Source: a virus. Taken from it: DNA of 64,000 nt. The stretch lies in IMG/VR virus record IMGVR_UViG_3300021185_002646, positions 16,278 through 80,277 of that record. One strand, 5' to 3'. The translations under genes and the position numbers were made by a program. Position 1 is the first letter of the stretch. Every line of letters begins with the position of its first letter. Positions 1 through 9,592 of the stretch are shown piece after piece. Below the pieces are notes generated by a model, which saw nothing but the letters and a program-made list of their open reading frames with translations, ran no database searches and was not told where the DNA came from.

Positions 1-1
1 T

Positions 2-955
2 GGCCTAACTTATGGTTGGGCAAAAAATGCCAGAATTTATTCAGTTAAAGTAGGTGGACTAGAAGGAAGCGGTGATAGTGGTACAGGAATAAGTATATCA
101 AATTGTTTTGATGTAATTAAAGAATGGCATAATAATAAACCAATTGATCCAAATACAGGATTTAAAAGACCAACTATAGTTAATATGAGTTGGGGATATA
201 GTGGTGGAGTATCAGGGATTACAAGTATTGTTTACAGAGGTACAACTTATAGTTCTGGTAATGATTCTAATTTTTCTAGCTCACCTAATACACATATGGC
301 TAGTACATATGGATTGTATCCATATTTTGCCGGAGTTGGTTACAGATATCCAGTAAGAGTATCAAGTGTAGATTCAGACGTAGAAGAACTTATTGCAGCC
401 GGTGTACATGTTTGTATTGCCGCTGGTAACAATCGTTTTAAAGCAGATGTTGTTGGTGGACTTGATTACGATAATCGTTGGAATAGTACACGTTACTATC
501 ACAGAGGCAGTTCGCCTTATAGCGATAATGCAATGATGGTAGGTAGTATTGATTCAACAACTTCTTCTGGAACTGATCAAATTAGTAGTTTTACTACAAA
601 AGGTCCTGGTGTTACATTATTTGCTCCAGGAAGTAATATTAGAAGTTCATTTAGCAATACCAATAGACATAATGATTCTACTTATTATCTAAATTCATCA
701 TTTAAGCAAGGAAGTATATCAGGTACTAGCATGGCTAGTCCACAAGTATGTGGATTAGGAGCAACTGTTTTACAACTAAATCCATACCTAACACCAGCAC
801 AATTACAGTTAAAATTAACGAATTTAGCGTCAAATAACGTGTTATACACTACTAATTCGGGTATTGACTATGCTGACAACAGATCGTTGCTAAATGCCCC
901 TAATAAACTGCTATACACCCCCTTTAATAGCAGTAATGTCTTATCAGCATCATAA
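2..955 (+). CDS. Subtilisin-like (S8) serine peptidase, 5'-truncated by the window edge
   Basis: Frame open from base 2 (GLTYGWAKNARIY...VNMSWG); AAGN oxyanion motif; catalytic GTSMASP. Confidence 0.9.
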   Translation, partial: GLTYGWAKNARIYSVKVGGLEGSGDSGTGISISNCFDVIKEWHNNKPIDPNTGFKRPTIVNMSWGYSGGVSGITSIVYRGTTYSSGNDSNFSSSPNTHMASTYGLYPYFAGVGYRYPVRVSSVDSDVEELIAAGVHVCIAAGNNRFKADVVGGLDYDNRWNSTRYYHRGSSPYSDNAMMVGSIDSTTSSGTDQISSFTTKGPGVTLFAPGSNIRSSFSNTNRHNDSTYYLNSSFKQGSISGTSMASPQVCGLGATVLQLNPYLTPAQLQLKLTNLASNNVLYTTNSGIDYADNRSLLNAPNKLLYTPFNSSNVLSAS

Positions 956-979
956 ATTGCAAAAAATAAGACATTTCGG

Positions 980-1008
980 TTGACAAAACCGCATCTTACT
1001 AGTATATT
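980..1008 (+). promoter_or_regulatory. sigma70-type promoter
   Basis: TTGACA-17-TATATT; spacer shares CATCTTACT with the repeated early cassettes. Confidence 0.6.
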
Positions 1009-1069
1009 AGTACTTAATAAGCGTAAAACCTTATTATAAAACAATTAAACACATTAATATGGTAAAAAA

Positions 1070-1351
1070 ATGAGAGCAACAGAATATAAGGATGGGATAA
1101 AGCGAATTAAAGCCAAGATTGAAGTTCCAATGAGTGAACTTGATGTTGGTAATTATGTATTAAGTGCTCTTACGCATAATGCAGTTAATTTGACACAGAT
1201 ACAAAAACTTAATAAACGCGAATTGTTACAATTAGCAAAAAATGAAGTTAAAGAAAAAGGTATTAGATCAGTTTCTATTGAATCAGTTGATAATGACACT
1301 AAAGTTATCGTAAGAAATTACATAAAACAAATGTTCCCCGAACTACAGTAA
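1070..1351 (+). CDS. Hypothetical protein
   Basis: 93 aa ORF downstream of a promoter. Confidence 0.7.
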   Translation: MRATEYKDGIKRIKAKIEVPMSELDVGNYVLSALTHNAVNLTQIQKLNKRELLQLAKNEVKEKGIRSVSIESVDNDTKVIVRNYIKQMFPELQ

Positions 1352-1524
1352 TGGGTCACGATTATTATGATAAAGATGCAGTCTTTAATTCATATATAAA
1401 AGACTTGGCTACTGAAGAAGGTTGGGAAGAGCCGTTTACTACTATGACTGTAAATGAAGATTCACTTGGTCCAGATGTACTAAAAAATGTTGAAAAAGTA
1501 CACGAACAAATAGTATCTGCATAA
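1351..1524 (+). CDS. Small hypothetical protein (57 aa, MGHDYYDKD...), not in ORF track
   Basis: TAATG stop/start overlap with the previous gene. Confidence 0.6.
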   Translation: MGHDYYDKDAVFNSYIKDLATEEGWEEPFTTMTVNEDSLGPDVLKNVEKVHEQIVSA

Positions 1525-1546
1525 ATAACATAGTAGTTAATAATAT

Positions 1547-1622
1547 GCCGGTATAGCTCAGTTGGTAGAGCATCTGATTTGTAATCAGGAGGTCGAGTGT
1601 TCAAATCATTCTGCCGGCACCA
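1547..1622 (+). tRNA. tRNA-Thr(TGT)
   Basis: Cloverleaf, anticodon loop TTTGTAA, encoded CCA. Confidence 0.95.
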
Positions 1623-1809
1623 TTAACAAGAATAGTTTGCTAACTTTACAGCACGAATACGCCCTAGGTTAGGTAATCAAAGGACAAAGTACAGGACACA
1701 TAAAATATAATAAATAAAAAGACAAACGAGAGAGAGGCACAGGACGCCCAACTGTAACAAGTTGTAATCGGAAATACAAATAGACAGAATAAAAAAGAAA
1801 GATATATAA

Positions 1810-2025
1810 ATGAAACTTAGAAATGAGATGTTAAAAACAGCTATACAACACGCAGACGGTGAAATTCAATTACATAAAATGAATGTTGAAGTATATTTAA
1901 CTAATCCTGCAGGTATAGGCGAACACAGTGATGTAATGGAAGCTATTCAAGTTGAACTTGATAAGATGTCTACTGCACACGATCGCAAAGAAATGCTGAC
2001 TAAGTATTTTAAATTGGGGGATTAG
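1810..2025 (+). CDS. Hypothetical phage protein; stop codon lies inside tRNA-Ala
   Basis: 71 aa ORF with NPAGIGEHSD motif. Confidence 0.75.
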   Translation: MKLRNEMLKTAIQHADGEIQLHKMNVEVYLTNPAGIGEHSDVMEAIQVELDKMSTAHDRKEMLTKYFKLGD

Positions 2026-2091
2026 CTCAGCTGGGAGAGCGTCTGGTTTGCATCCAGAAGGTCAGCAGTTCGATCCTGCTATCCTCCACCA
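2016..2091 (+). tRNA. tRNA-Ala(TGC)
   Basis: Cloverleaf, G3:U70 pair, loop TTTGCAT, CCA. Confidence 0.95.
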
Positions 2092-2097
2092 AAATTT

Positions 2098-2121
2098 AAC
2101 CCAGCCTTAGTGCTGGGTTTT
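2098..2121 (+). terminator. Rho-independent terminator
   Basis: AACCCAGC-loop-GCTGGGTT followed by T. Confidence 0.7.
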
Positions 2122-2141
2122 CACTAACTAGGAAACAATTC

Positions 2142-3008
2142 ATGGACATAGCAATTTACCAAAATGACACAGGAAGTGCACCAGCAATACATTGGTGGCT
2201 TTCACAAGAAACTAATATAGGACCAGAAGTATATGATTTTAATACAGGTTACTGTACGCCAAGTGGGCATCACGTAGGTGCTATTGTCATTGAGAATGAA
2301 CAATCAAAACATCATAATTTACATACACAATCGATTCAATTATTAGATAACTCAACAAACGGTATTATTGATGTTATGTCTCCGTTTGATGATATAAGAA
2401 AAGATTATGAGCATCTTGTATGGAGTAATTATAGTAGCAACCTAAGTAATCCAGATAATATTATTAAAGCAGATAAGACTATTTTAGTTGATAATAGTCC
2501 CGAAGAACAATTATTTTTTTATATTAGCCAATATGCATTTTCTTGGTTGGAATCTATAGAAGATATAGCACAACAAACAAATAATTGGGCAAATGAACAT
2601 AATATTGAAAACTGGAAAGAAGTATGGGATAAAAAGTATGCTAAAAACTTTGAACAATCATTTGTTGATGGAAAACTAAAATATATGTGGCAACTTAATT
2701 TTGCACATCATGATTTAATGGATCAACTTGCAAAAGGTAATGATGATATAACTTTAGTTGACGCAGATGACCATGCTAGATTATTTGATAAACAAAAAGA
2801 AGATTTCACAGATACATTATTTGCATATGCTAACTCAGAAGCAGATCATTTAATTGTAGGTGACGATTGGTTTGAAAATTATGAAAGTATAATTGATTAT
2901 TTAGAAATAGAAAGTTCTTTTAGATTAAAAAAGTTTAGAATTGATTATATGAAATTGTATAAACGCAAAAAGCAATTATACATAGATACATTTTCAAAAT
3001 ACCTATGA
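2142..3008 (+). CDS. Hypothetical protein, paralog of the next gene
   Basis: Shares IAIYQ, APAIHWWL, VWSNY and GKL.YMWQLNFAH with 3005..3922. Confidence 0.8.
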   Translation: MDIAIYQNDTGSAPAIHWWLSQETNIGPEVYDFNTGYCTPSGHHVGAIVIENEQSKHHNLHTQSIQLLDNSTNGIIDVMSPFDDIRKDYEHLVWSNYSSNLSNPDNIIKADKTILVDNSPEEQLFFYISQYAFSWLESIEDIAQQTNNWANEHNIENWKEVWDKKYAKNFEQSFVDGKLKYMWQLNFAHHDLMDQLAKGNDDITLVDADDHARLFDKQKEDFTDTLFAYANSEADHLIVGDDWFENYESIIDYLEIESSFRLKKFRIDYMKLYKRKKQLYIDTFSKYL

Positions 3009-3922
3009 ACATAGCAATATATCAAACTGTAAATGCACACGCACCAGCAATACATTGGTGGCTTGCACAAGATAAACGTTTTGGACCACAGTTGTACAAC
3101 GGATTAGAGCCACTTTGTAATGGTGATCAAATAGGAAGTATTGTACAAGAAATACGAGATGAAGATATTGATGCTGATTTATATAACATTCATCAAGAAA
3201 GTCTTAGAGAAATGGAAAATAAAGAAGCTGTAAATGGAATAGTTGATTGTACTTCTTCTTATTTTAATAGTATAAACAATTATGAATATCCAGTATGGAG
3301 TAATTATTTTGGTTGCACAAAATATCCTAATTCAGTACCTTTAAGTGATAAACTTTTATTTGCTAAGTCAACTATAAAAGATGATGCTATGTTTTATATA
3401 ACACAGTACGCATTTATTAAACTATCTATTGATGAAATCAACGATCATAGTAAAATATGGTGGGAAGATCATAAACTAATGGATGGCAAGGTGTTAGATA
3501 GTTGGAAGGAAATATGGTACAGAGATTATCATGATCAATGTATAGCAGACTTTCATAATGGTAAATTGCAATACATGTGGCAATTAAATTTTGCACATTG
3601 GGATTTGCATAATATGTTAGTAGAAAATAAAAGTAAATTTACGTTAGATTATTCAATAGAAAGATTGTTTAAGGAAAAACATAAAACTGATGATTTTAAT
3701 GCAGAGCAAAATGCAATAAAATTAATGACTGATAATACTATAGATCATTTGTTAGTTGATGTAGAATGGTTTAACAATACTGATGTTATACTTGATTATT
3801 TAGGTATTAAAAATAGCAAAGCATTAGATGATGCGGCATTACTATACAATGAGCGTTATAAAATTGTTTGTAAAGCCTACGAAGAATTATCTAATAAATA
3901 CTACAAAGGAATTATATTATGA
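3005..3922 (+). CDS. Hypothetical protein, paralog of the previous gene
   Basis: Same shared motifs; ATGA overlap. Confidence 0.8.
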   Translation: MNIAIYQTVNAHAPAIHWWLAQDKRFGPQLYNGLEPLCNGDQIGSIVQEIRDEDIDADLYNIHQESLREMENKEAVNGIVDCTSSYFNSINNYEYPVWSNYFGCTKYPNSVPLSDKLLFAKSTIKDDAMFYITQYAFIKLSIDEINDHSKIWWEDHKLMDGKVLDSWKEIWYRDYHDQCIADFHNGKLQYMWQLNFAHWDLHNMLVENKSKFTLDYSIERLFKEKHKTDDFNAEQNAIKLMTDNTIDHLLVDVEWFNNTDVILDYLGIKNSKALDDAALLYNERYKIVCKAYEELSNKYYKGIIL

Positions 3923-4401
3923 ATAGAAATATAGGTAGAGGTTTAATAGTATTAGGAATGTTAATGTTAGGCGTTCTTTTTGCAAATACAAGTTTGTCTG
4001 CAGAAAGAAAATCTACAGGAAAAGAAGTTGAAATGGTTGTTTACGACTATGAGGTAACTAGAGTAATTGACGGAGATACTGTAGCCTTTAGAGCAGACTT
4101 TTTGCCAGAGCCACTTAAACAAGAACTAAGCATTCGTGTTTATGGAGTTGACACACCCGAAAAGAGTTGGAGAGCAGAATGCGACTCTGAAGCAGCTTGG
4201 GGTGAACAAGCAAGTCAGTTTACAAAAGACCAATTAAATGGTGCAACAGTTATACAAGTAGCCATTTACAAGTGGGATAAGTTTGGTGGGCGAGTATTGG
4301 GTGATATTATTATTGATGGAAATAGCCTAAGACATATGCTTATTGAGAACGGATTCGCACGTGAGTATTATGGTGATAAAAAAGAATCTTGGTGTTCTTG
4401 A
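3919..4401 (+). CDS. Thermonuclease (SNase) family protein with signal peptide
   Basis: RVIDGDT, IRVYGVDTPE, DKFGGRVLG motifs; hydrophobic N-terminus. Confidence 0.85.
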   Translation: MNRNIGRGLIVLGMLMLGVLFANTSLSAERKSTGKEVEMVVYDYEVTRVIDGDTVAFRADFLPEPLKQELSIRVYGVDTPEKSWRAECDSEAAWGEQASQFTKDQLNGATVIQVAIYKWDKFGGRVLGDIIIDGNSLRHMLIENGFAREYYGDKKESWCS

Positions 4402-4426
4402 CAATTATCAAAAGTTAATATATAAT
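4398..4426 (+). promoter_or_regulatory. Consensus sigma70 promoter for the tRNA pair
   Basis: TTGACA-17-TATAAT. Confidence 0.85.
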
Positions 4427-4439
4427 AAGAACTAATTTA

Positions 4440-4516
4440 GGGGGTGTAGCTCAGTTGGTTAGAGCACCTGCCTGTCACGCAGGGGGCCGAGGGTTCGAGT
4501 CCCTTCACTCCCGCCA
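4440..4516 (+). tRNA. tRNA-Asp(GTC)
   Basis: Cloverleaf, loop CTGTCAC, GCCA end. Confidence 0.95.
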
Positions 4517-4519
4517 AAT

Positions 4520-4594
4520 GCACCGTTCGTCTATCGGTTAGGACACCGGGTTTTCATCCCGGCAAGAGGGGTTCGATTCCCCTACGGTGTACCA
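4520..4594 (+). tRNA. tRNA-Glu(TTC)
   Basis: Cloverleaf, loop TTTTCAT, CCA. Confidence 0.95.
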
Positions 4595-4609
4595 ACAGAA
4601 AGGAAGTAT

Positions 4610-4852
4610 ATGAAGATTAGATACTATAAAGACATCGACGGAATGCGTTGGTTGGGCTTTGTATTAGCAATGTTAAGTGCGTACCTACTAAGTGGCGGAG
4701 AAGTTGAATATCAATACATAGGTTGGGGAGTAGCCTGTTTTAGTTGTAGTATATGGCTATACATGGGTTACAAAGATAAAGACATTCCAAGAGCATTAAT
4801 GGAATTAATGTATCTAGCATTAGCAATACGAGGCGTTATTAATTGGTTATAG
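4610..4852 (+). CDS. Small 3-TM membrane protein (resembles a PnuC/SemiSWEET half-transporter)
   Basis: Three hydrophobic helices. Confidence 0.55.
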   Translation: MKIRYYKDIDGMRWLGFVLAMLSAYLLSGGEVEYQYIGWGVACFSCSIWLYMGYKDKDIPRALMELMYLALAIRGVINWL

Positions 4853-4901
4853 TTTCTCCGGTTTCTAATAAATAATTGTATCATACTAGGAAATAATAAA
4901 C

Positions 4902-5684
4902 ATGGCGGCACACAAAGAAACAGTTTTATCAGTAACACATTACACAGATACATTATTCCACATAACAACAACACGTGACAGTGGAGTTCGTTTTAGAGAT
5001 GGAGAATTTATGATGATTGGACTAGACAACTGGTCTGAAAAACTACAAAAGAATAAACCTATAATGAGAGCTTATTCAGTAGCAAGTCCTAACCATCAAG
5101 AAACACTAGAATTTTATAGTATCAAAGTACAAGACGGTCCACTTACAAGTAAATTGCAACATGTAAAAGTAGGTGATGAGATACTAGTTAATCCTAAAGC
5201 AGTAGGCACCCTAGTACACGCAAATTTAAAGCCTGGACGCAATCTGTACTTACTGGCTACCGGAACAGGAATCGCCCCTTTTATGAGTATTGTACGCGGC
5301 GTAGACACGTATGAACACTATGATAATGTTATTGTAGTATGGGGTACTAGAATAGCCAAGGAACTAGCGTTTAAAGAGCTCATAGACGGGTTAAACGGCG
5401 ATGAAATATACAGTCAAGTAACTGAAGGAAAACTTAAAACATACTTTACATGTACACGTGAAGATTACGAAAATACAGGTCGTGTAACAACGGCAATGTA
5501 TAATGGAGACGTACAAAGCAAACTAGGACTAGAAGATTTATCACCTATACATGATAGAGTAATGATATGTGGTTCAATGCCTATGAACGCAGAACTTATA
5601 GAATATTTAGAAGGTCAGGGATTTACAGAAGGCGATAGTAAAACACCAGGTGAGTATGTAGTAGAGAAAGCATTTGTAGGATGA
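4902..5684 (+). CDS. fpr: Ferredoxin--NADP+ reductase
   Basis: RAYSVAS, DGPLTS, ATGTGIAPF, MICGS motifs, C-terminal VEKAFV. Confidence 0.93.
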   Translation: MAAHKETVLSVTHYTDTLFHITTTRDSGVRFRDGEFMMIGLDNWSEKLQKNKPIMRAYSVASPNHQETLEFYSIKVQDGPLTSKLQHVKVGDEILVNPKAVGTLVHANLKPGRNLYLLATGTGIAPFMSIVRGVDTYEHYDNVIVVWGTRIAKELAFKELIDGLNGDEIYSQVTEGKLKTYFTCTREDYENTGRVTTAMYNGDVQSKLGLEDLSPIHDRVMICGSMPMNAELIEYLEGQGFTEGDSKTPGEYVVEKAFVG

Positions 5685-6376
5685 GAACAGAAGCACAAAA
5701 GAAAGCAATAACTGATAGGTACGAAAGTGCAACATTACATAAAAATATTGTAAGTCAAGGTTTCATTGATTATTTGCTTAACCAATTTCAAAAATCAGAT
5801 AAAATTGATAAAAAAACTGGACCAGTTGTAATGAATTATAGTCCAGATAGGGATGGATATAAAGAATGGTTTGAACCTGTACAAAAATTTGTTGATAACT
5901 TAATTGGTGAAAGTTTAGTGTGGGGCAGTAATATATTTAGAGCTGAGTATCCACATATTGTACACAACGATGATTATCACGAAAAGGTTTATGACATATT
6001 TAAGACTGTGGTTATTCCTCTAGAAATATCTAAGCCAACTAACTTTATTGTATTTGATCAATATTATTTAGATGGCCCTGTTAAATGTTTCAAAGGATGG
6101 AAAGATGTACCAGACAGTTACTATAATAAGAGCTTAACAGATTATAGTGATATTTTCAATATCACAGACAAGCCATTCGACAAGCAAATATATAATGAAT
6201 ATTTGACCCATGTACCGTATGAATCACTGCATGGATTAACAGTAGAATCAATTATAAGATGGCAACCAGGTGATGCAATTACATTTGATATGGGAAAATT
6301 ACACTCTGCTACTAATTTTGCAGAGAATGGAATAGATTATAAAATAGGTTATAGTATTTTTACTGCTAAATACTAG
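5681..6376 (+). CDS. Hypothetical protein, possible 2OG-Fe(II)/cupin oxygenase fold
   Basis: HND plus distal H (GDAITFD...LHS). Confidence 0.5.
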   Translation: MRTEAQKKAITDRYESATLHKNIVSQGFIDYLLNQFQKSDKIDKKTGPVVMNYSPDRDGYKEWFEPVQKFVDNLIGESLVWGSNIFRAEYPHIVHNDDYHEKVYDIFKTVVIPLEISKPTNFIVFDQYYLDGPVKCFKGWKDVPDSYYNKSLTDYSDIFNITDKPFDKQIYNEYLTHVPYESLHGLTVESIIRWQPGDAITFDMGKLHSATNFAENGIDYKIGYSIFTAKY

Positions 6377-6474
6377 TAAGTAAAAAATACTTTGGCCCAG
6401 TAAATGTTCAGAGTTTACTATAGGACAGTGCCAGCGGACATATTTTTTATTTAATACTAAAAGGAGTTTTGAAT

Positions 6475-6732
6475 ATGTCAGACTTATTTGGTCACAATAG
6501 TGGAAATAAAAAATTTATTATTAACATTAGCGATCTTTACGATGAAAAAGAACGCAAACAAAAAGAACTTGAGTTCTACACACAAGAACTTGATAAGTTA
6601 ATGCTTAGACTAGGAATGTTACAACACGAAATAGGCGTTACTGAAACTATCATAAATATGATAGAAGGTGAATATTTAGTAGACCTCAAACAAGCTATTG
6701 AACAAAGGAAGAGAATAAAAGGAATAAAATGA
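6475..6732 (+). CDS. Hypothetical coiled-coil protein
   Basis: ORF with AAGGAG SD. Confidence 0.7.
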   Translation: MSDLFGHNSGNKKFIINISDLYDEKERKQKELEFYTQELDKLMLRLGMLQHEIGVTETIINMIEGEYLVDLKQAIEQRKRIKGIK

Positions 6733-7499
6733 ACACATTATATTTAATATGTAGTCACAGTTGTTTAAGTCAAATGGAAGTTCCATACTTGCTTAATAAC
6801 AGCCCTATGCTACACGGTGAAAGCCAAGCAGGAGAACATTGGGCATCATATGAACTAGATGGAAAAGAAGTAGATCACGAACCAGGTCCGTTGGGAAAGA
6901 TTCGTGTACATGATGATTATTGGAATATTTCAGATGAAGATAGAGAATGGTATAACTATGATGTTAGAAATACTATGGAAATATCTACAGAGCAATTAGA
7001 TGGATTATTAAATTTAGTTAAAGATAAAAGTATAGCAGTTTTGCTACATGCACAAAATTATGAAGATATTTGGAAGTGGAGTAGAAACTTACCTGTAATG
7101 ATGATTAGAACATCAGTTGATAGTTGGGATGGAGATATTGTTAGTTGGGCAGCACGTGAATATAATTACTTAATGGAAGATGACAGAAATGCAAATTATA
7201 GTGATGATGATCATAGTTGGCCAGGTGTAGAAACAATTGTTGATAATTTTATATCTAAAAAGAAATTTAATAATGGAATATACGATGAAAATTCACCACA
7301 CGATCATGGCGATATTTTATTACATCAAAGTCAATGGTCAACAATGTCAGGATTAAATACATTATGGAATTGTGTAGGAATTGAATCACCTGATCAAAAT
7401 TGGATACATCAATACTATGAAGATTTCCAACAACATCAAGAAATTAACGAAGAACTAGCCAAGGAACTAACTGATGCCTACAATAAAAGACAGCAATAA
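6729..7499 (+). CDS. Hypothetical protein
   Basis: 256 aa ORF, ATGA overlap. Confidence 0.75.
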   Translation: MNTLYLICSHSCLSQMEVPYLLNNSPMLHGESQAGEHWASYELDGKEVDHEPGPLGKIRVHDDYWNISDEDREWYNYDVRNTMEISTEQLDGLLNLVKDKSIAVLLHAQNYEDIWKWSRNLPVMMIRTSVDSWDGDIVSWAAREYNYLMEDDRNANYSDDDHSWPGVETIVDNFISKKKFNNGIYDENSPHDHGDILLHQSQWSTMSGLNTLWNCVGIESPDQNWIHQYYEDFQQHQEINEELAKELTDAYNKRQQ

Positions 7500-7857
7500 C
7501 GTAGTACTATTTTCAGATCCTTTTAAAGTATATCTTTTTAAAGATAAAAAAAGAGTAAAACTTTCATTTAAAATAACTGACTATGTAGTTGTTAACAGAG
7601 AATTTAGTCAGGAAGACTTTGAATACATACTAGATCATTGGAAAGAAGAAGATGGTGTAGAAGGAAATATAAGAGATATAGATAATAATAAAATATGGTG
7701 GTACCATAGCAAGTTTGGTCCTAGACCCGAATGCGAACCTGCAGATTTTGTAGGTATTAACTTCAATAGATATAGTTTTAGATTCTCAGTAAAAGATATG
7801 GAATCCTTAGAAAATGCGTATTTTCACCAAAAAAACAACAAAATGCATTGGGATTAA
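7474..7857 (+). CDS. Hypothetical protein
   Basis: 127 aa ORF. Confidence 0.7.
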   Translation: MPTIKDSNNVVLFSDPFKVYLFKDKKRVKLSFKITDYVVVNREFSQEDFEYILDHWKEEDGVEGNIRDIDNNKIWWYHSKFGPRPECEPADFVGINFNRYSFRFSVKDMESLENAYFHQKNNKMHWD

Positions 7858-7882
7858 TTAAAAAAATAATTAAAAAACTTAT

Positions 7883-7996
7883 AAACCCTTGTTTTACAAG
7901 GGTTTTTTTATGGCTTTTTTATGCTCTAAAGGTTGACAAGTAAGACATCTTACTGTATACTGTAAGTATAGTTAATAAAAAAAGGAGTTAATAAAG
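7883..7996 (+). repeat. Early-promoter cassette copy 1: hairpin terminator + TTGACA-17-TATACT promoter + SD
   Basis: AAACCCTTG..CAAGGGTTT hairpin, then ~55 bp identical to 9182-9236. Confidence 0.9.
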
Positions 7997-8413
7997 ATGG
8001 CATATATTAGAACAAACGAAGTAGCAGAAATTAGAAAAGCACTAAAAGAGAAGTTTGGTAAATCACTAAAATTTAGTGTAAGACGTCAGCATTATTCAAG
8101 TGTTGATGTTTCTATTGTATCCGGTGATGTTGACTTCTATGATGGAAGTATGGATAGCACAGACAAATATAATGGACAAGTTCATAAGTTTGATGGACAT
8201 GCACAAATTAACGAATACCATACTCATTTTTATGGAAAACACGAACAACTATTTACAGACATTGTTAAAATTATGAAGACTGCTCCTGCTTTAGCAGAAG
8301 GTGGTAGAGCTTGGTATGATAATTCAGATGCAATGACTGACTATTTTGATACTGCTTATTACACTCATGTTAGTGTTGGTAAGTGGAATAAACCATACGA
8401 ACATAAATCTTAA
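7997..8413 (+). CDS. LPD29-like early protein
   Basis: IRKALK..F...KFSVR and DNSDAMTDYFD motifs. Confidence 0.6.
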   Translation: MAYIRTNEVAEIRKALKEKFGKSLKFSVRRQHYSSVDVSIVSGDVDFYDGSMDSTDKYNGQVHKFDGHAQINEYHTHFYGKHEQLFTDIVKIMKTAPALAEGGRAWYDNSDAMTDYFDTAYYTHVSVGKWNKPYEHKS

Positions 8414-8424
8414 GAAAGGAAACA

Positions 8425-8778
8425 ATGATAGAATACAAAAAAGACAATCCACACCAAGATATAGGAAAGCAGAAATTTAGAGTTAAAAAATACTTTTCTG
8501 CGTGGGTTGAATATGATGTAATTGCTGATTCAAAAGATGAAGCCGAAGATAAAGTTATTGAACACGGTGGAATTGATAGAATTGAATGGCAAGATGGTTG
8601 TTTAGGTGATGCAGAAGTTTATGCATGTGATCATAATTTTGAAGACTCAGGTGATACAGTAAAAGTAGAAGAATGTGTACCATATGAAGATACAGATATT
8701 GACACAGGCGAAGACATGCTAAATTATGAAGATCCAGATTGGACTTCAGATGAATATAGATGGAAAAAGGAAATATAA
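8425..8778 (+). CDS. Hypothetical acidic early protein
   Basis: ORF with SD. Confidence 0.7.
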   Translation: MIEYKKDNPHQDIGKQKFRVKKYFSAWVEYDVIADSKDEAEDKVIEHGGIDRIEWQDGCLGDAEVYACDHNFEDSGDTVKVEECVPYEDTDIDTGEDMLNYEDPDWTSDEYRWKKEI

Positions 8779-8779
8779 T

Positions 8780-8959
8780 ATGAAAACATTCACATTTGAA
8801 AATCATTTAGGTGACACGTTTATAGCTAAAGCAGAAAACGGTCTTGATCTAATGGAAGATGCAAATCGCAAAATATTGTGGCCAAACTGGAAAGATGGAA
8901 TGTGGCAACAAGTAAGCGAAACAAAGTTTGTTTGGGTTTTAGGTAATTTTTTTGATTAA
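8780..8959 (+). CDS. Hypothetical early protein (start moved to MKTFTFEN)
   Basis: AAGGA SD before ATG 8780. Confidence 0.65.
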   Translation: MKTFTFENHLGDTFIAKAENGLDLMEDANRKILWPNWKDGMWQQVSETKFVWVLGNFFD

Positions 8960-8969
8960 GGAGAATAAT

Positions 8970-9179
8970 ATGAAAACAGTAATAAAATTTAATGAAGTAA
9001 CAAACATAGAACTAGGTGGCGTTGATATGAACGACTACCCAGATTTCTGTGATGCATATGTAGAAAGTGCAGAAAAGTTAGATGGTACTCCACTAACTGA
9101 TGTTGAACTAGAAGCGTTTAGCGAACTAGAAGAAACTGCATCTTATATTAATGAAAATGCATACGAAAGTTTATTTTAA
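8970..9179 (+). CDS. Hypothetical phage protein (DYPDFCDAYVESA motif)
   Basis: AAGGAG SD before ATG 8970. Confidence 0.7.
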   Translation: MKTVIKFNEVTNIELGGVDMNDYPDFCDAYVESAEKLDGTPLTDVELEAFSELEETASYINENAYESLF

Positions 9180-9181
9180 AA

Positions 9182-9249
9182 AAAGGTTGACAAGTAAGAC
9201 ATCTTACTGTATACTGTAAGTATAGTTAATAAAAAAGAAGGAGAAAAAT
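9182..9249 (+). repeat. Early-promoter cassette copy 2
   Basis: AAAGGTTGACAAGTAAGACATCTTACTGTATACTGTAAGTATAGTTAATAAAAAA identical to copy 1. Confidence 0.9.
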
Positions 9250-9591
9250 ATGGAATACACGGTAAATGAAATTAAAAACATTCTTAATAAGGCAAAAACA
9301 GCAGCCTATGAAGCAGGTGGCGATTATTTTGTTGAGAAGTTAGATAGTAAAGATAATTATCCTTGTGGGTTTGCATGGGTTAACATTCATGGAATTAAAG
9401 GTAATACCAAATTGGGTAGGGCTATGAAAGCCGCTGGTATTGAAAAAGACTACAGTGGTTCATATAAGATTTGGAATCCATCAGGTATTAACGTGCAAAA
9501 CGTAGATGTAAAAGAAGTTGGCGCCGAAGCAGCGGCAGACGTATTTACAAGTTACGGTTTTAAAGCATATGCTGGTTCGAGGTTAGACTAA
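9250..9591 (+). CDS. Conserved phage early protein (CGFAWV motif)
   Basis: 113 aa ORF directly behind the cassette. Confidence 0.75.
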   Translation: MEYTVNEIKNILNKAKTAAYEAGGDYFVEKLDSKDNYPCGFAWVNIHGIKGNTKLGRAMKAAGIEKDYSGSYKIWNPSGINVQNVDVKEVGAEAAADVFTSYGFKAYAGSRLD

Positions 9592-9592
9592 A

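Noticed and set aside
6391-6445. glnA (glutamine) riboswitch resemblance TTGGCCCAGT
   Set aside because: Lacks the GGAAGTAA/GAAG E-loop and closing stem
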